Notes: generated by a model not told the origin, from the sequence alone. A stretch of 40,979 nucleotides of DNA from a virus (IMGVR_UViG_2675903468_000003:1-40979); one strand, 5' to 3'. Positions 22,437 through 32,009 are shown, numbered from the stretch's first letter. A program made the numbers and translations.

Positions 22437-22909
22437 ACCTCAATCTCTCTGACCGTTCCGCCAGCCTCTTTGAATTTTGCAATCAGGCTGTCAGCCTTAT
22501 GCTCGAACTGACCATAACCAGCGCCCGGCAGTGAAGCCCAGATATTGCTGCAACGGTCGATTGCCTGACGGATATCACCGCGATCAATCATCGGTAAAGC
22601 GCCACGCTCTTTAATCTGCTGCAATGCCACAGCGTCCTGACTTTTCGGAGAGAAATCTTTCAGGCCAAGTTGCTTACGATAGGCATCCCACCAACGGGAA
22701 AGAAGCTGGTAACGTCCGGCTGCTGTTGATTTGAGTTTTGGGTTTAGCGTGACAAGTTTGCGAGGGTGATCGGAGTAATCAGTGAATAGCTCTCCGCCTA
22801 CAATGACGTCATAACCATGATTTCTGGTTTTCTGACGTCCGTTATCAGTTCCCTCTGACCACGCCAGCATATCGAGGAACGCCTTACGTTGATTATTGAT
22901 TTCCACCAT
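22433..22909 (-). CDS. R: Endolysin (lambda R lytic transglycosylase)
   Basis: [61 protein letters not shown]... is near-identical to lambda R as recalled. Confidence 0.92.
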   Translation of the reverse strand: MVEINNQRKAFLDMLAWSEGTDNGRQKTRNHGYDVIVGGELFTDYSDHPRKLVTLNPKLKSTAAGRYQLLSRWWDAYRKQLGLKDFSPKSQDAVALQQIKERGALPMIDRGDIRQAIDRCSNIWASLPGAGYGQFEHKADSLIAKFKEAGGTVREIEV

Positions 22910-23216
22910 CTTCTACTCCGGCTTTTTTAGCAGCGAAGCGTTTGATAAGCGAACCAATCGAGTCAGTACCGATGTAGCCGATGAACACGCTCGTTATATA
23001 AGCGAGATTGCTACTTAATCCGGCGAAGTCGAGAAGGTCACGAATGAACCAGGCGATAATGGCGCACATCGTTGCGTCGATTACTGTTTTTGTAAACGCA
23101 CCGCCATTATATCTTCCGCGAAGGTACGCCATTGCAAACGCAAGGATTGCCCCGATGCCTTGTTCCTTTGCCGCGAGAATGGCAGCTAACAGGTCATGTT
23201 TTTCTGGCATCTTCAT
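22893..23216 (-). CDS. S: Holin/antiholin (lambda S, dual-start MKM)
   Basis: [66 protein letters not shown]... is near-identical to lambda S107. Confidence 0.92.
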   Translation of the reverse strand: MKMPEKHDLLAAILAAKEQGIGAILAFAMAYLRGRYNGGAFTKTVIDATMCAIIAWFIRDLLDFAGLSSNLAYITSVFIGYIGTDSIGSLIKRFAAKKAGVEDGGNQ

Positions 23217-23574
23217 GTCTTACCCCCAGAAGGGGATCTGTTCAAATTAGGAATTATGGATATGGTCGCTTGAACAAATCCGGGTTACGGTTGATTTGTA
23301 GCGGGTTTGTTCGTGACCGCATTCATGAGCAAATCAGGCGTGGATTGCGCCAACAATACATGCCGCTCATATCACGAAGCCCAGCCATTGATGCTGGGTT
23401 TTCTTTTTTAAAGCGCACTAGACAACCGTATCCACAGAGTGTCAGCAATGAGTTGGTTAGGTCTAGTTCTTGGTGGAAGTACGCTTTAAAAAATGGGCTG
23501 AGGGTTGTAGCCCAAAATACTGAGGGAATGGTAAGGATGAACAACGGTTTTGCTCTGGGTGGATTTGGCTGTGG

Positions 23575-23656
23575 TGGCCGACGCTGATCTCCGGCTTGTA
23601 TACAGGCACCTTGTTCTTCCGAAGCTCTCCTGCGCGCATCAGCCTGCGCATTCACC
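23575..23656 (-). repeat. About 80-bp conserved element, copy A (late-operon leader); partner copy at 32245-32325
   Basis: Roughly 85% identical to 32245-32325 in inverted genomic orientation, so both copies are in the same sense relative to local transcription. See findings. Confidence 0.5.
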
Positions 23657-23764
23657 ACACCGGAAAGAGCACTCAGTTGTACCGGCCAGTTGTGCCACTA
23701 AGAAATGCTTTCGCAGACCGTTAAGCTCTTTGCCAGTTCTTTAATGCTCTTACCTGTTGTGCAG

Positions 23765-23799
23765 AAACAAAAAAGCCCCGAGCTATTAACTCAGGGCTA
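23765..23799 (-). terminator. tR'-like intrinsic terminator of the PR' leader transcript
   Basis: Minus strand AGCCCTGAGTTAATAGCTCGGGGCT followed by TTTTTTGTTTC, downstream of the PR'-like promoter. Confidence 0.6.
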
Positions 23800-24082
23800 T
23801 TAAATAGTTGCTCAGCTCACCCCATCAACTAAGTGACCTTTGATGGGCTACGCTACACGATGTGTTTCATCTCATCTCAGAGACTCATCAGGCGCATTAA
23901 TTGGTCACCCCGGATACCTACTTGCTGAGCGGTGGTATCGTACGCTCTTGCAAACCTCTCAGCTTGCGATGGTTGGAGTACCAGACGATGCGTCGAAGAT
24001 ACCAACTAGGCGGAATCGGTAGTAAGCGCCGCCTCTTTTCATCTCACTACCACAACGAGCGAATTAACCCATCGTTGAGTCA

Positions 24083-24111
24083 AATTTACCCAATTTTATT
24101 CAATAAGTCAA
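24083..24111 (-). promoter_or_regulatory. Late promoter PR' (lambda-type)
   Basis: Minus strand TTGACTTATTGAATAAAATTGGGTAAATT matches the lambda PR' -35/-10 region, immediately downstream of Q. Confidence 0.65.
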
Positions 24112-24153
24112 TATCATGCCGTTAATATGTTGCCATCCGTGGCAATCATGCTG

Positions 24154-24777
24154 CTAACGTGTGACCGCATTCAAAATGTTGTCTGCGATTGACTCTTCTT
24201 TGTGGCATTGCACCACCAGAGCGTCATACAGCGGCTTAACAGTGCGTGACCAGGTGGGTTGGGTAAGGTTGGGGATTAGCATCGTCACAGCGCGATATGC
24301 TGCGCTTGCTGGCATCCTTGAATAGCCGACGCCTTTGCATCTTCCGCACTCTTTCTCGACAACTCTCCCCCACTGCTCTGTTTTTGCTATATCAACCGCA
24401 CGGCCTGTACCGTGGCAATCTCTGCATCTTGCACCAGGCGTCGCGGCACTACGGCAATAATCCGCATAAGCGAATGTTGCGAGCACTTGCAGTACCTTTG
24501 CCTTAGTATTTCCTTCGAGCTTTGCCACACCACGGTATTTCCCCGATACCTTGTGTGCAAATTGCATCAGATAGTTGATAGCCTTTTGTTTGTCGTTCTG
24601 GCTGAGTTCGTGCTTACCACAGAATGCAGCCATTCCGAATCCGGCTTGTGATTGCGCCATCCCCATAGCAGCCATCACATCAGTACCGGAAAGAGAGTCA
24701 GAAGTCGTAGCCCGTGGTGAGTCGCTCATCATCGGGCTTTTTGGCGAATGAAATTTAGCTACGTTTTCGAGTCTCAT
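24154..24777 (-). CDS. Q: Late antiterminator Q (lambda-type)
   Basis: 207 aa, [73 protein letters not shown]..., near-identical to lambda Q as recalled. Confidence 0.92.
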   Translation of the reverse strand: MRLENVAKFHSPKSPMMSDSPRATTSDSLSGTDVMAAMGMAQSQAGFGMAAFCGKHELSQNDKQKAINYLMQFAHKVSGKYRGVAKLEGNTKAKVLQVLATFAYADYCRSAATPGARCRDCHGTGRAVDIAKTEQWGRVVEKECGRCKGVGYSRMPASAAYRAVTMLIPNLTQPTWSRTVKPLYDALVVQCHKEESIADNILNAVTR

Positions 24778-25439
24778 GCGCCTTCTCCCTGTACCTGAAT
24801 CAATGTGAGGTTTCCGCAGAACACTGCGCCGGTATCGATATACATCTGGTTGGCAAACTTGAGTGGTTTCACTGCTGGCGTATGACCAAAGATGAACGTG
24901 TCCGCTCCTTTGATTTCTTTCACGATCCCGTCTTGTGAGTTGCTGATTCGTTCTCGGTTCCAGATTACCTGCTGATGATCAACTGGCTTTCCAAACTCGT
25001 ATTCGTCACAAGGATAATCGGCGTGGCAGATGACATATTTTTTACCTTTACTCACCAGTTCGATGATTAACGGAAGTTCATCTGCTTTATGGGCAAGAGC
25101 TTTAGCCAGAATTTCTTTGTCGTAATCGAGATTAAAGAACCAACTACCGCCATTAAGCAGCCAGTGATTAACGTTTCCACGCTCTGATAAGCCATCAATC
25201 ATCATGTGCTCATGGTTTCCACGTACAGCTCTGAACCAGGGGAATGTGATTAATTCCAGACATTCGACGTTCTCTGTACCGCGATCAACCAAATCGCCAA
25301 CCGAGATAAGCAGGTCTTTTTTGGTGTCGAATCCTATCGTCTCCAGTTTTTTCATCAGGTTCGTGTAGCATCCGTGCAGATCGCCAACTACCCAAATATT
25401 TCGGTATTTGCTGCCATCAATTCTTTCGTAATAGCGCAT
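24774..25439 (-). CDS. ninI: Ser/Thr protein phosphatase (lambda NinI-like)
   Basis: [54 protein letters not shown]...GNHE metallophosphatase motifs. Start trimmed to MRYYE. Confidence 0.9.
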   Translation of the reverse strand: MRYYERIDGSKYRNIWVVGDLHGCYTNLMKKLETIGFDTKKDLLISVGDLVDRGTENVECLELITFPWFRAVRGNHEHMMIDGLSERGNVNHWLLNGGSWFFNLDYDKEILAKALAHKADELPLIIELVSKGKKYVICHADYPCDEYEFGKPVDHQQVIWNRERISNSQDGIVKEIKGADTFIFGHTPAVKPLKFANQMYIDTGAVFCGNLTLIQVQGEGA

Positions 25440-25623
25440 CTCTTTCACTCCATCCGCGATGAACCATGAGAACGTCGTTGACGATGGCGTGCATTTTCCC
25501 GTCTTTATCATCAACGTATTTTCTTACCGTGCCGCGACTACATTTCAGTCTGCGTGCTACTTCTGTCTGGTTTCCGTATGCTTCAACGAGCATGTCTGGA
25601 ATGGTTTTTACTGAGAACGTCAT
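25417..25623 (-). CDS. ninH: NinH
   Basis: 68 aa, [43 protein letters not shown]..., matches lambda NinH. Confidence 0.85.
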   Translation of the reverse strand: MTFSVKTIPDMLVEAYGNQTEVARRLKCSRGTVRKYVDDKDGKMHAIVNDVLMVHRGWSERDALLRKN

Positions 25624-26231
25624 GCGGCCTCACTTCTGCTATTTCGCAGGTCTTTGAGTTTCTGTTGGTACTCTGCCTTGATCGCCTTGCACTCTTCGAT
25701 AGTCCAGCGATGGCGGCTATGGTTTGATTCGATTTCGTCTACTGCTTCCTGCCCGATGCGGTTAATCAGTTCGACGCGATACGGAACGAGATTTCCGCTT
25801 TTGTGCTGGTTGCACACCACGCATTGCTTGTGAATATTGCGTTCATCAAATCGGAGTTGAGGTGCCGCAGCAGTTGTCCGGTAATGTCCGGCATCCCACT
25901 GAGCAGACGTGAGCGTTCCGCACGAGATACATGGTAAGTCGCGGTCTCTTTCTCTGATGAAGGCGTTTACGGCTTGTTGGGCTTGTTTAATCCAGTAACT
26001 GCGGGGCTTTAAGGCGAGTTTTCGAATCTTCAGTTTATCTTTCTGTTTCTGCTCCTCTCGTCGTAGTTTCTTCTCTGCTGCTTTTTCCGCTTTTTCGCGT
26101 TCTTTACTTCGTCGTTCGAGTGCTATCTTTGTTCCACACTCTGGAGAGCACCACCACTGATTAGCGAATGCAGGGTGAAACCATTCCCGACATTCACCGT
26201 TTTTACATCGTCTTCGTGCTGGTTTAGCCAT
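25620..26231 (-). CDS. ninG: NinG (Rap-like recombination protein)
   Basis: 203 aa, [41 protein letters not shown]..., matches lambda NinG. Confidence 0.85.
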   Translation of the reverse strand: MAKPARRRCKNGECREWFHPAFANQWWCSPECGTKIALERRSKEREKAEKAAEKKLRREEQKQKDKLKIRKLALKPRSYWIKQAQQAVNAFIRERDRDLPCISCGTLTSAQWDAGHYRTTAAAPQLRFDERNIHKQCVVCNQHKSGNLVPYRVELINRIGQEAVDEIESNHSRHRWTIEECKAIKAEYQQKLKDLRNSRSEAA

Positions 26232-26400
26232 CGTCTTCTTCCTCGTACATTGAGCTATTCGGATCGCTCATCAGTTCTGCGCAGCAGTGCTCACACACGT
26301 GAACTTCCAGCACATGCAGCTTTTGACCGCAATTAGCGCACGTTAAAGCCCGCTCGACGCTTTCTTTCTGGTATTGAATGGATTGGGATGGGCTAAGCAT
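26224..26400 (-). CDS. ninF: NinF
   Basis: Self-derived 58-aa [61 protein letters not shown], matching lambda NinF. Coordinates anchored by overlap with the ninG start and the upstream ORF's stop. Confidence 0.7.
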   Translation of the reverse strand: MLSPSQSIQYQKESVERALTCANCGQKLHVLEVHVCEHCCAELMSDPNSSMYEEEDDG

Positions 26401-26816
26401 TATTGGATTCTCTGCATCATGAGAAAGACAATCATGGCTGCGCGGAGAGGGTTGTCATCAAGAGTAATATGCTCACCAAAGCTATCAGCCTCCCACCATG
26501 ACACTGCTTTCATGCCAGGGTTTGCTCGCTTGTATGCACATACGCTGATCATGTTTTCCATGATAATCGGCCATGCGTCTGCTGGGTTTGCGCATGGGTT
26601 AAAGGAACCGCGCTCAACTTCTACTTCAACTGCGTCTCCGTTTACAATGTCTCCCTCAAATGAGACAAACACCATATCGCCATTCTCACCTTCTTTGTAA
26701 TCCGGTGATCCGTTATGAATGGCTTCGAATACCGCCACGTTAATTTCAAAATCACTTAACTGTGAATAATCCATTGTCATTTCCTCGCACGATGTCTTAG
26801 CCACCGGATATCCCAC
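26400..26816 (-). CDS. NinX-like hypothetical protein (nin-region replacement)
   Basis: Track ORF in the position lambda uses for ninE; no recognised catalytic motif. Internal Met (MTMDYSQL) is a possible true start. Confidence 0.45.
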
Positions 26817-26919
26817 AGGTGAGCCGTGTAGTTGAAGGTTTTTACGTCAGATTCTTTTGGGATTGGCTTGCGTTTATTTCTGGAGCGTTTCGTTGGAAGG
26901 TATTTGCAGTTTTCACAGA

Positions 26920-27093
26920 TTATGTCGGTGATACTTCGTCGCTGTCTCGCCATACGTCCTCCTTTTCCTGCGGTAGTGGTAAAACTCCTGTTGGTGTTCT
27001 TTCACACCGGAGACACCATCGATTCCAGTAAGGCTGTCCTGGTCGAAAGCGATCGTCTTCCTTTCGCTCTCCACATCGATAACAGTGCTTCAT
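26920..27093 (-). CDS. Small Cys4 zinc-ribbon-like protein (NinD-position)
   Basis: [16 protein letters not shown]...WCLRCERTP carries two CxxC pairs. 57 aa after trimming, matching NinD length. Start overlaps the methyltransferase stop. Confidence 0.5.
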
Positions 27094-27680
27094 GCGATCA
27101 CCATTTTGCATGGTTTAATCGCCATGCCTGGAGCCAGTTCAAAATCGGAGTCGCACTGATTTCCCCACATATCCCACCCGGTCACTTTGTCGCGGCTAAA
27201 TAACTCACAGCGCGGCACGTCGCCAAGCAACTTAGCTAACATGTCTCTTACGATCGGTGGTTTTGCACTGTGCTCCATTCTCGGTGCGGTAAAGTGCTGG
27301 CATATTGAAGCGTCCATTCTCTCAGGTAACCGCCCTCGAACGGCAAACAAGCAATCCTCGCTATTTGCCCGGGTCATATGCCCCATTCCGATCGCACTGT
27401 TGCCTTTGTGCTTATTGGTTTTGTGCCAAGTAAAGCCTTTCATAGTCATCAACCTGAATCCCCACGCCTCAATTACCTTTAGCGCTTCGGCTGGCTGTGT
27501 CGGCACCCACCACATCGCTAACAAGCAAGATTCTGGATCCGCTAAATCCCATACTGGCAGTCGGCAAATGTCCTGAACATTCATAACATCGTATTTATGT
27601 CCAGCACCGCGATTGCCATCGTTGGCTTTGTCGCGATATTGCCAAGGCGGATCTGCGTAAATAAGTTGGTATTTGTTCAT
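27090..27680 (-). CDS. DNA N6-adenine methyltransferase (MT-A70 family, orphan)
   Basis: [15 protein letters not shown]... with the DPPW catalytic motif. No adjacent restriction gene. Sits where lambda has ninC. Confidence 0.8.
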   Translation of the reverse strand: MNKYQLIYADPPWQYRDKANDGNRGAGHKYDVMNVQDICRLPVWDLADPESCLLAMWWVPTQPAEALKVIEAWGFRLMTMKGFTWHKTNKHKGNSAIGMGHMTRANSEDCLFAVRGRLPERMDASICQHFTAPRMEHSAKPPIVRDMLAKLLGDVPRCELFSRDKVTGWDMWGNQCDSDFELAPGMAIKPCKMVIA

Positions 27681-28117
27681 TCAGTTTTATCTCCCCATCT
27701 CGCTTTCCACTCCAGAGCCAGTCGCGCTTCGTCTGACCACTTAACGCCATGTTCTGTACCGAATGCCTGTATAAGCTCTAATAGCTCCGCAAATTCGCTT
27801 ACACGCATCCTGCTTGTTGACTGACCTATTACCACAAAGCCATTCCCGGCAAGGTTAGGAACAACGTCTTGCTGCTTTAATGCTGCGGTAAACACACACT
27901 TCCAGCTTTCTGCATCCAGCCAGCGACCATGCCATTCAACCTGACGCGAAACGTCACCAAGGCAAGCCCAAAGCTTCCGATTTTGGTCTAAGCTGCGGTT
28001 GCGTTCCTGAATGGTTACTACGATTGGTTTGGTTGGGTCTGGAAGGATTTGCTGTACTGCGTGAATAGCGTTTTGCTGATGTGCTGGAGATCGAATTTCA
28101 AAGGTTAGTTTTTTCAT
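27677..28117 (-). CDS. ninB: NinB (Orf-family recombination mediator)
   Basis: MKKLTFEIRSPAHQQNAIHAVQQILPDPTKPIVVTIQERNRSLDQNRKLWACLGDV... matches lambda NinB. Start trimmed. Confidence 0.9.
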   Translation of the reverse strand: MKKLTFEIRSPAHQQNAIHAVQQILPDPTKPIVVTIQERNRSLDQNRKLWACLGDVSRQVEWHGRWLDAESWKCVFTAALKQQDVVPNLAGNGFVVIGQSTSRMRVSEFAELLELIQAFGTEHGVKWSDEARLALEWKARWGDKTE

Positions 28118-28139
28118 GACTTCCCTCTCCCCCAAATAA

Positions 28140-28172
28140 AAAGGCCTGCGATTACCAGCAGGCCTGTTATTA
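28140..28172 (-). terminator. tR2-like intrinsic terminator between helicase and ninB
   Basis: Minus strand GGCCTGCtggtaatcGCAGGCC followed by TTTTTATTT. Confidence 0.45.
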
Positions 28173-28193
28173 GCTCAGTGATGTAGATGGTCA

Positions 28194-29630
28194 TCAGAAT
28201 CCTCCCTTCTTCTTGGACTGCGGTTCCTCGCGTTCACGTCGGCGCATTTCAGCAGACTGTTGGTCTGTGTCATAAATAGCGCCATTTGCCTGAATGCAAT
28301 ACACCGTGCCGGTATTGCCATGACGATTGAGACGAAGGATTAGTTCAGTTTCACCAGGTGGAACACTGTCATCAAAAGCGCCTTCCCGATGGATCCCAAC
28401 CCAATAATCGCAATCCTGTTCAATCTGCCCTGTATCTCGTGAGTCACTTGGTAATGGGCGTTTATTGGTTCGGCTTTCCAGTGCGCGGTTAAGCTGCGTC
28501 AGAAGCACAACAACGCAATCAAGCTCTTTGGCAAGGTTCTTCAGTCCTTTGGTGATCTTGCCGTAAGCAAGGTCGTTGCGATCGGCCTTTTCAGCGGTCA
28601 TTAGTGTCAGGTAATCGACCAGAATCATGCCAACGCATCCTTTTTCTCGCTTGATTCGACGGCTTTCGCTGACGATTTGAGCCAGAGATAATCCCGGCGT
28701 GTCGTCGATGTAAAGCAGGTCGATTTCACTCAAGCGATTAGCTGTTTCGATCGCCCTGTTGAAGTCACCATCGTAATCACCCTGATAGCCGTCATCGGCG
28801 TCATTTGTCGCCGGAAGGTAAAAAATATTCGGGTTAACACCTGACTTCTGTCCTACCAGTTTTTCCAGTATCTGGTCACCTGGCATTTCAAGGCTGAACA
28901 TCAGAGCGGGCTTTTTCTCATGAACTGCGCAGTTGATTGCCATCTGGCTGTATAGCGTCGTTTTCCCCATCTTAGGGCGAGCGCCAATGACAAACAGAGA
29001 GCCTTTCACCAGACCTTTCGGTGACAGCATCCTGTCCAGCGATGGGATACCTGTGCTCATTCCTCGTTGTTCGCCTGACGGGTCAAATCGCTTCTCAAGG
29101 TCGCTAACCCAGTCTTCCATGACCTCGCCAAATGAGCGAAGGCCGCGACGAGATCCGGTTTTTGCATGGTCTGTCAGTTGCGTGAAAATCGCCTGAATAG
29201 CTTCGTACTTCTGCGTTGCAGTCATTCCGTTGCGGGAATAGAGCAATTCCGTCGCTTCAGTCATGCGGTTGATGGCGTAGCGTTCCATTGCGGTTTCGCG
29301 AACCTGCATTGCATAGGCAACGATGTTTGCGGCGCTTGGCGTGTTCTTTGCGATCTCAGCGATATAAGCAAAACCGCCAACAGACACCGTTAACGATTTG
29401 CGCTCCAGTTCATCGAAAAGCGTCAGGCCATCTACTGGCTTTTGCTCCCGGTGCATTCTGGTTATTTCTTCGAAAAGGATTTTGTGTGGTCGGCTGTAAA
29501 ATGAATCAGGCTTCAGCATCGCCAGAACTTTCTGGACGCGCTCACTGCTGTCATCATCCAGAAGCAATCCACCAATCACCGCCTGCTCTGCCTCGATGCT
29601 ATGGGGCGGCGCATAAAAATTATCGGTCAT
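28194..29630 (-). CDS. Replicative DNA helicase, DnaB family (P22 gene 12-like)
   Basis: N-terminal PPHSIEAEQAVIGGLLLDD plus Walker-type GARPKMGKT and helicase motifs. Start trimmed to MTDNFY. Confidence 0.9.
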   Translation of the reverse strand: MTDNFYAPPHSIEAEQAVIGGLLLDDDSSERVQKVLAMLKPDSFYSRPHKILFEEITRMHREQKPVDGLTLFDELERKSLTVSVGGFAYIAEIAKNTPSAANIVAYAMQVRETAMERYAINRMTEATELLYSRNGMTATQKYEAIQAIFTQLTDHAKTGSRRGLRSFGEVMEDWVSDLEKRFDPSGEQRGMSTGIPSLDRMLSPKGLVKGSLFVIGARPKMGKTTLYSQMAINCAVHEKKPALMFSLEMPGDQILEKLVGQKSGVNPNIFYLPATNDADDGYQGDYDGDFNRAIETANRLSEIDLLYIDDTPGLSLAQIVSESRRIKREKGCVGMILVDYLTLMTAEKADRNDLAYGKITKGLKNLAKELDCVVVLLTQLNRALESRTNKRPLPSDSRDTGQIEQDCDYWVGIHREGAFDDSVPPGETELILRLNRHGNTGTVYCIQANGAIYDTDQQSAEMRRREREEPQSKKKGGF

Positions 29631-29826
29631 CGTGTTCACCCTCACGAACTTTCAGGTAGGTATTATCGTTAAGCAGGAAATCAAATCCCTTTTTGTGCCA
29701 GACAGTTCCGCGTTGATGGTTTGGGCGCTCTTCGAACATCCATCGGCAATTTTCTCCTACGTAGCTCAAATAATTTCTCCAGTCCTGCATCGTGAACCCA
29801 TGCCCGTCAAGCTGGCGGGTTATCAC
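29620..29826 (-). CDS. Probable C-terminal part of the O-like initiator, in a shifted frame
   Basis: Track ORF with GTG start; my hand translation suggests the frame is open upstream to about 29958, where it would join the O-like N-terminal frame at an A5 run. Not independently verified. Confidence 0.35.
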   Translation of the reverse strand: MITRQLDGHGFTMQDWRNYLSYVGENCRWMFEERPNHQRGTVWHKKGFDFLLNDNTYLKVREGEHDDR

Positions 29827-29873
29827 TCCGGCTTTGCGCCAGAACGTTCGGATCTGGTTTTTACGCTTGTCAT

Positions 29874-30446
29874 TCAGTGCGCGGATTCTTGGCGCTTCAG
29901 GAAGGATTTCGTGGTAAGCATCGACAACATCCTGACAGCTAACGGAAGGTTTTTCTTGTCAGACTTTTTGTCTGCTGTGGCACTCTCTAATACGTCAGTA
30001 TTAGAGATATTATTTATATTATTGTTTATGGACAACCGTTGGACAACCGTTGGACAATCTCCGCTGAGAGCCGCGCCATTACTGGTGTTTGCGTTGGACA
30101 ACCGTTGGACAACCGTTGGACAATTTTTTGCCTGAAAATCGTCATATTTAACGATTGTAAACAGGCTAAATTTCTTCCCCATCGCGCAAATATTAAGCAT
30201 CCCTTTCGACTCAAAAGTCCGTAATAAGCTCCGAACTTTGTTGTCGGGAATGAATGTTTCTCTGACCAGCGACGGGCGTCCAGTTATCATCTGACCGCGA
30301 TCAACAGTTATCGGCCCGATATCCGTATTGACGACAGTAGATTCGTGATTAGCCTTGAGGATTAAGTGAAGCCAAAGATGTACTGCCTGAGAGTCCTTAT
30401 AGAGCCTGCTGTCCATAAACTGGCGGTGTATAGAGACATACCCCAT
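29874..30446 (-). CDS. Replication initiator O-like protein (N-terminal domain, iteron-containing region)
   Basis: AGGAGG RBS then ATG at MGYVSIHRQFM. Winged-helix-like N-domain. Coding sequence includes the tandem iterons, as in lambda O. Frame terminates soon after the AT-rich region. Confidence 0.65.
   Translation of the reverse strand: MGYVSIHRQFMDSRLYKDSQAVHLWLHLILKANHESTVVNTDIGPITVDRGQMITGRPSLVRETFIPDNKVRSLLRTFESKGMLNICAMGKKFSLFTIVKYDDFQAKNCPTVVQRLSNANTSNGAALSGDCPTVVQRLSINNNINNISNTDVLESATADKKSDKKNLPLAVRMLSMLTTKSFLKRQESAH
30035..30125. repeat. Replication origin iterons inside the O-like gene
   Basis: Six or more tandem copies of GTTGGACAACC in two clusters, followed by an AT-rich stretch at about 29960-30030. 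Lambda-like ori architecture. Confidence 0.65.
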
Positions 30447-30495
30447 ACTGGATGCCTCCTGATGTTGTACAGGGTTATGCCTGTAATCAGCTAAC

Positions 30496-30657
30496 TTAAC
30501 GACGCCCATGTTTCACTCCTGCTTTGGCTAGTCTGTAAACACCAACAAGGCGCTCTGCGAACGCCCTGTTATTTGCTGCGGCTACCACTAATCCCTCAGG
30601 TGAATCAGGGTGTCGAATCTCTTCTTTTTCCTGGTATTTCTTACGACGGTTTGTCAT
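30496..30657 (-). CDS. Small basic hypothetical protein (53 aa) between cII and the O-like gene
   Basis: Self-derived ORF MTNRRKKYQEKEEIRHPDSPEGL... with GGAG RBS 7 nt upstream. No counterpart recalled in lambda. Confidence 0.25.
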   Translation of the reverse strand: MTNRRKKYQEKEEIRHPDSPEGLVVAAANNRAFAERLVGVYRLAKAGVKHGRR

Positions 30658-30689
30658 AATTACTCCTGTGGATTGATCCAGTAATGACC

Positions 30690-30983
30690 TCAGAATTCCA
30701 TCTGGATTTGTTCAGAACGCTCGGTTGCCTCCGGGCGTTTTTTATTGGTGAGAATCGAAGCAACTTGTCGTGCCAATCGAGCCATATCGTCGTCGACGAC
30801 GCCCCATTCAAGAACAGCAAGCAGCATTGAGAACTTTGGAATCCAATCCCTCTTCCACCTGCTGATCTGCGACTTATCAACTCCCACAGCTTCCGCTGTC
30901 TTCTCAGTTCCAAGCATTGCGATTTTGTTAAGCAACGCACTCTCGATTCTTAGAGCCTCGTTGCGTTTGTTTGCACGAACCAT
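30690..30983 (-). CDS. cII: CII transcriptional activator (lambda-type)
   Basis: MVRANKRNEALRIESALLNKIAMLGTEKTAEAVGVDKSQISRWKRDWIPKFSMLLAVLEW... matches lambda CII. Start trimmed from the longer track ORF. Confidence 0.9.
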   Translation of the reverse strand: MVRANKRNEALRIESALLNKIAMLGTEKTAEAVGVDKSQISRWKRDWIPKFSMLLAVLEWGVVDDDMARLARQVASILTNKKRPEATERSEQIQMEF

Positions 30984-31041
30984 ATGTAAGTATTTCCTTA
31001 ACAAATAAGAAGTTATGCGCATCAACTTATGCGCGTTGTAT

Positions 31042-31085
31042 TCCCGCATTTCGGCGGGAATGAGGACCATGACTGTTAAAGAGCA
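31042..31085 (-). promoter_or_regulatory. nutR (boxA plus boxB hairpin)
   Basis: Minus strand TGCTCTTTAACA (boxA-like) followed by TCCCGCCGAAATGCGGGA hairpin, just downstream of cro. Confidence 0.5.
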
Positions 31086-31091
31086 ATTTGC

Positions 31092-31277
31092 TTATGCCGC
31101 TTTGCGGTAAGCGCTTTCTTGATACTTCAGGGCGCCAGCTGTAACGACTTCCAGTCGATAGGCGTCTTTCTCTGGGATGACTTCCTTCCACTGAGAGACT
31201 GCTGCGTCGCTAATGCCTAACGCTTTAGCTACAGCACGCTGGGTTCCGAAGTGGTCGATAACATCTTTCTTGTACAT
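31092..31277 (-). CDS. cro: Cro repressor (P22-type)
   Basis: 61 aa, MYKKDVIDHFGTQRAVAKALGISDAAVSQWKEVIPEKDAYRLEVVTAGALKYQESAYRKAA, matches P22 Cro. Confidence 0.85.
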   Translation of the reverse strand: MYKKDVIDHFGTQRAVAKALGISDAAVSQWKEVIPEKDAYRLEVVTAGALKYQESAYRKAA

Positions 31278-31291
31278 AGACTCGCTCCGAA

Positions 31292-31357
31292 ATTAAAGAA
31301 CACTTAAATTATCCACTTAAGGAATCTTAAGTCAAGTTTATTTAAGATGTCTTAACT
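31292..31357. promoter_or_regulatory. OR operator cluster with divergent PR/PRM region
   Basis: Three 18-bp imperfect palindromes of the P22 type (attaaagaacacttaaat, acttaaggaatcttaagt, atttaagatgtcttaact) between cro and the repressor gene. Confidence 0.6.
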
Positions 31358-32008
31358 ATGAAAACTCAATTGATGGGAGAGCGCATTCGCGCTCGGAGAA
31401 AAGAACTCAAGATCAGGCAGGCCGCACTTGGAAAGATGGTCGGCGTGTCTAATGTTGCCATATCTCAGTGGGAACGCTCTGAGACAGAGCCAAATGGAGA
31501 GAATCTTCTCGCCCTGGCTAATGCGTTGAAGTGTTCCCCTGACTATCTGATGAAAGGAGAGGAAAGTCTTTCAAACATTGCCTATCACAGTAGGCATGAT
31601 CCAAGAGGGTCATACCCTCTGATTAGCTGGGTGAGCGCAGGATGCTGGATGGAAGCTGTAGAACCATATCATAAGCGTGCAATAGATAACTGGTACGATA
31701 CAACCGTAGACTGTTCAGAAGATTCGTTTTGGTTGGACGTGAAGGGAGACTCAATGACGGCTCCGGCCGGTCTCAGTATCCCTGAAGGAATGATAATACT
31801 CGTCGATCCTGAAGTAGAGCCGCGTAACGGGAAACTGGTAGTTGCAAAGCTCGAAGGAGAAAACGAGGCAACTTTCAAGAAGTTAGTTATTGATGCAGGC
31901 AGGAAGTTTCTAAAACCACTTAACCCACAATATCCGATGATCGAGATCAACGGAAACTGCAAAATCATCGGCGTAGTTGTCGATGCAAAACTAGCAAACC
32001 TTCCATAA
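31358..32008 (+). CDS. c2: CI-type prophage repressor (P22 C2-like; HTH plus S24 autopeptidase domain)
   Basis: 216 aa, MKTQLMGERIRARRKELKIRQAALGKMVGVSNVAISQWERSETEPNGENL... with C-terminal GDSM and Lys motifs; matches P22 C2. Confidence 0.9.
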   Translation: MKTQLMGERIRARRKELKIRQAALGKMVGVSNVAISQWERSETEPNGENLLALANALKCSPDYLMKGEESLSNIAYHSRHDPRGSYPLISWVSAGCWMEAVEPYHKRAIDNWYDTTVDCSEDSFWLDVKGDSMTAPAGLSIPEGMIILVDPEVEPRNGKLVVAKLEGENEATFKKLVIDAGRKFLKPLNPQYPMIEINGNCKIIGVVVDAKLANLP

Positions 32009-32009
32009 G

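Noticed and set aside
23132-23744. Several 60-150-aa ORFs on both strands between tR' and S
   Set aside because: This is the late-operon leader. The ORFs lack ribosome-binding sites and overlap each other, and one merely reflects the duplicated 80-nt element.
30035-30125. Tandem direct repeats considered as a possible CRISPR array
   Set aside because: The units are about 11 bp with no spacers and sit inside the initiator gene next to an AT-rich stretch, which is classic origin iteron architecture.
30641-30940. 99-aa minus-strand ORF
   Set aside because: It overlaps the well-supported cII gene in another frame.
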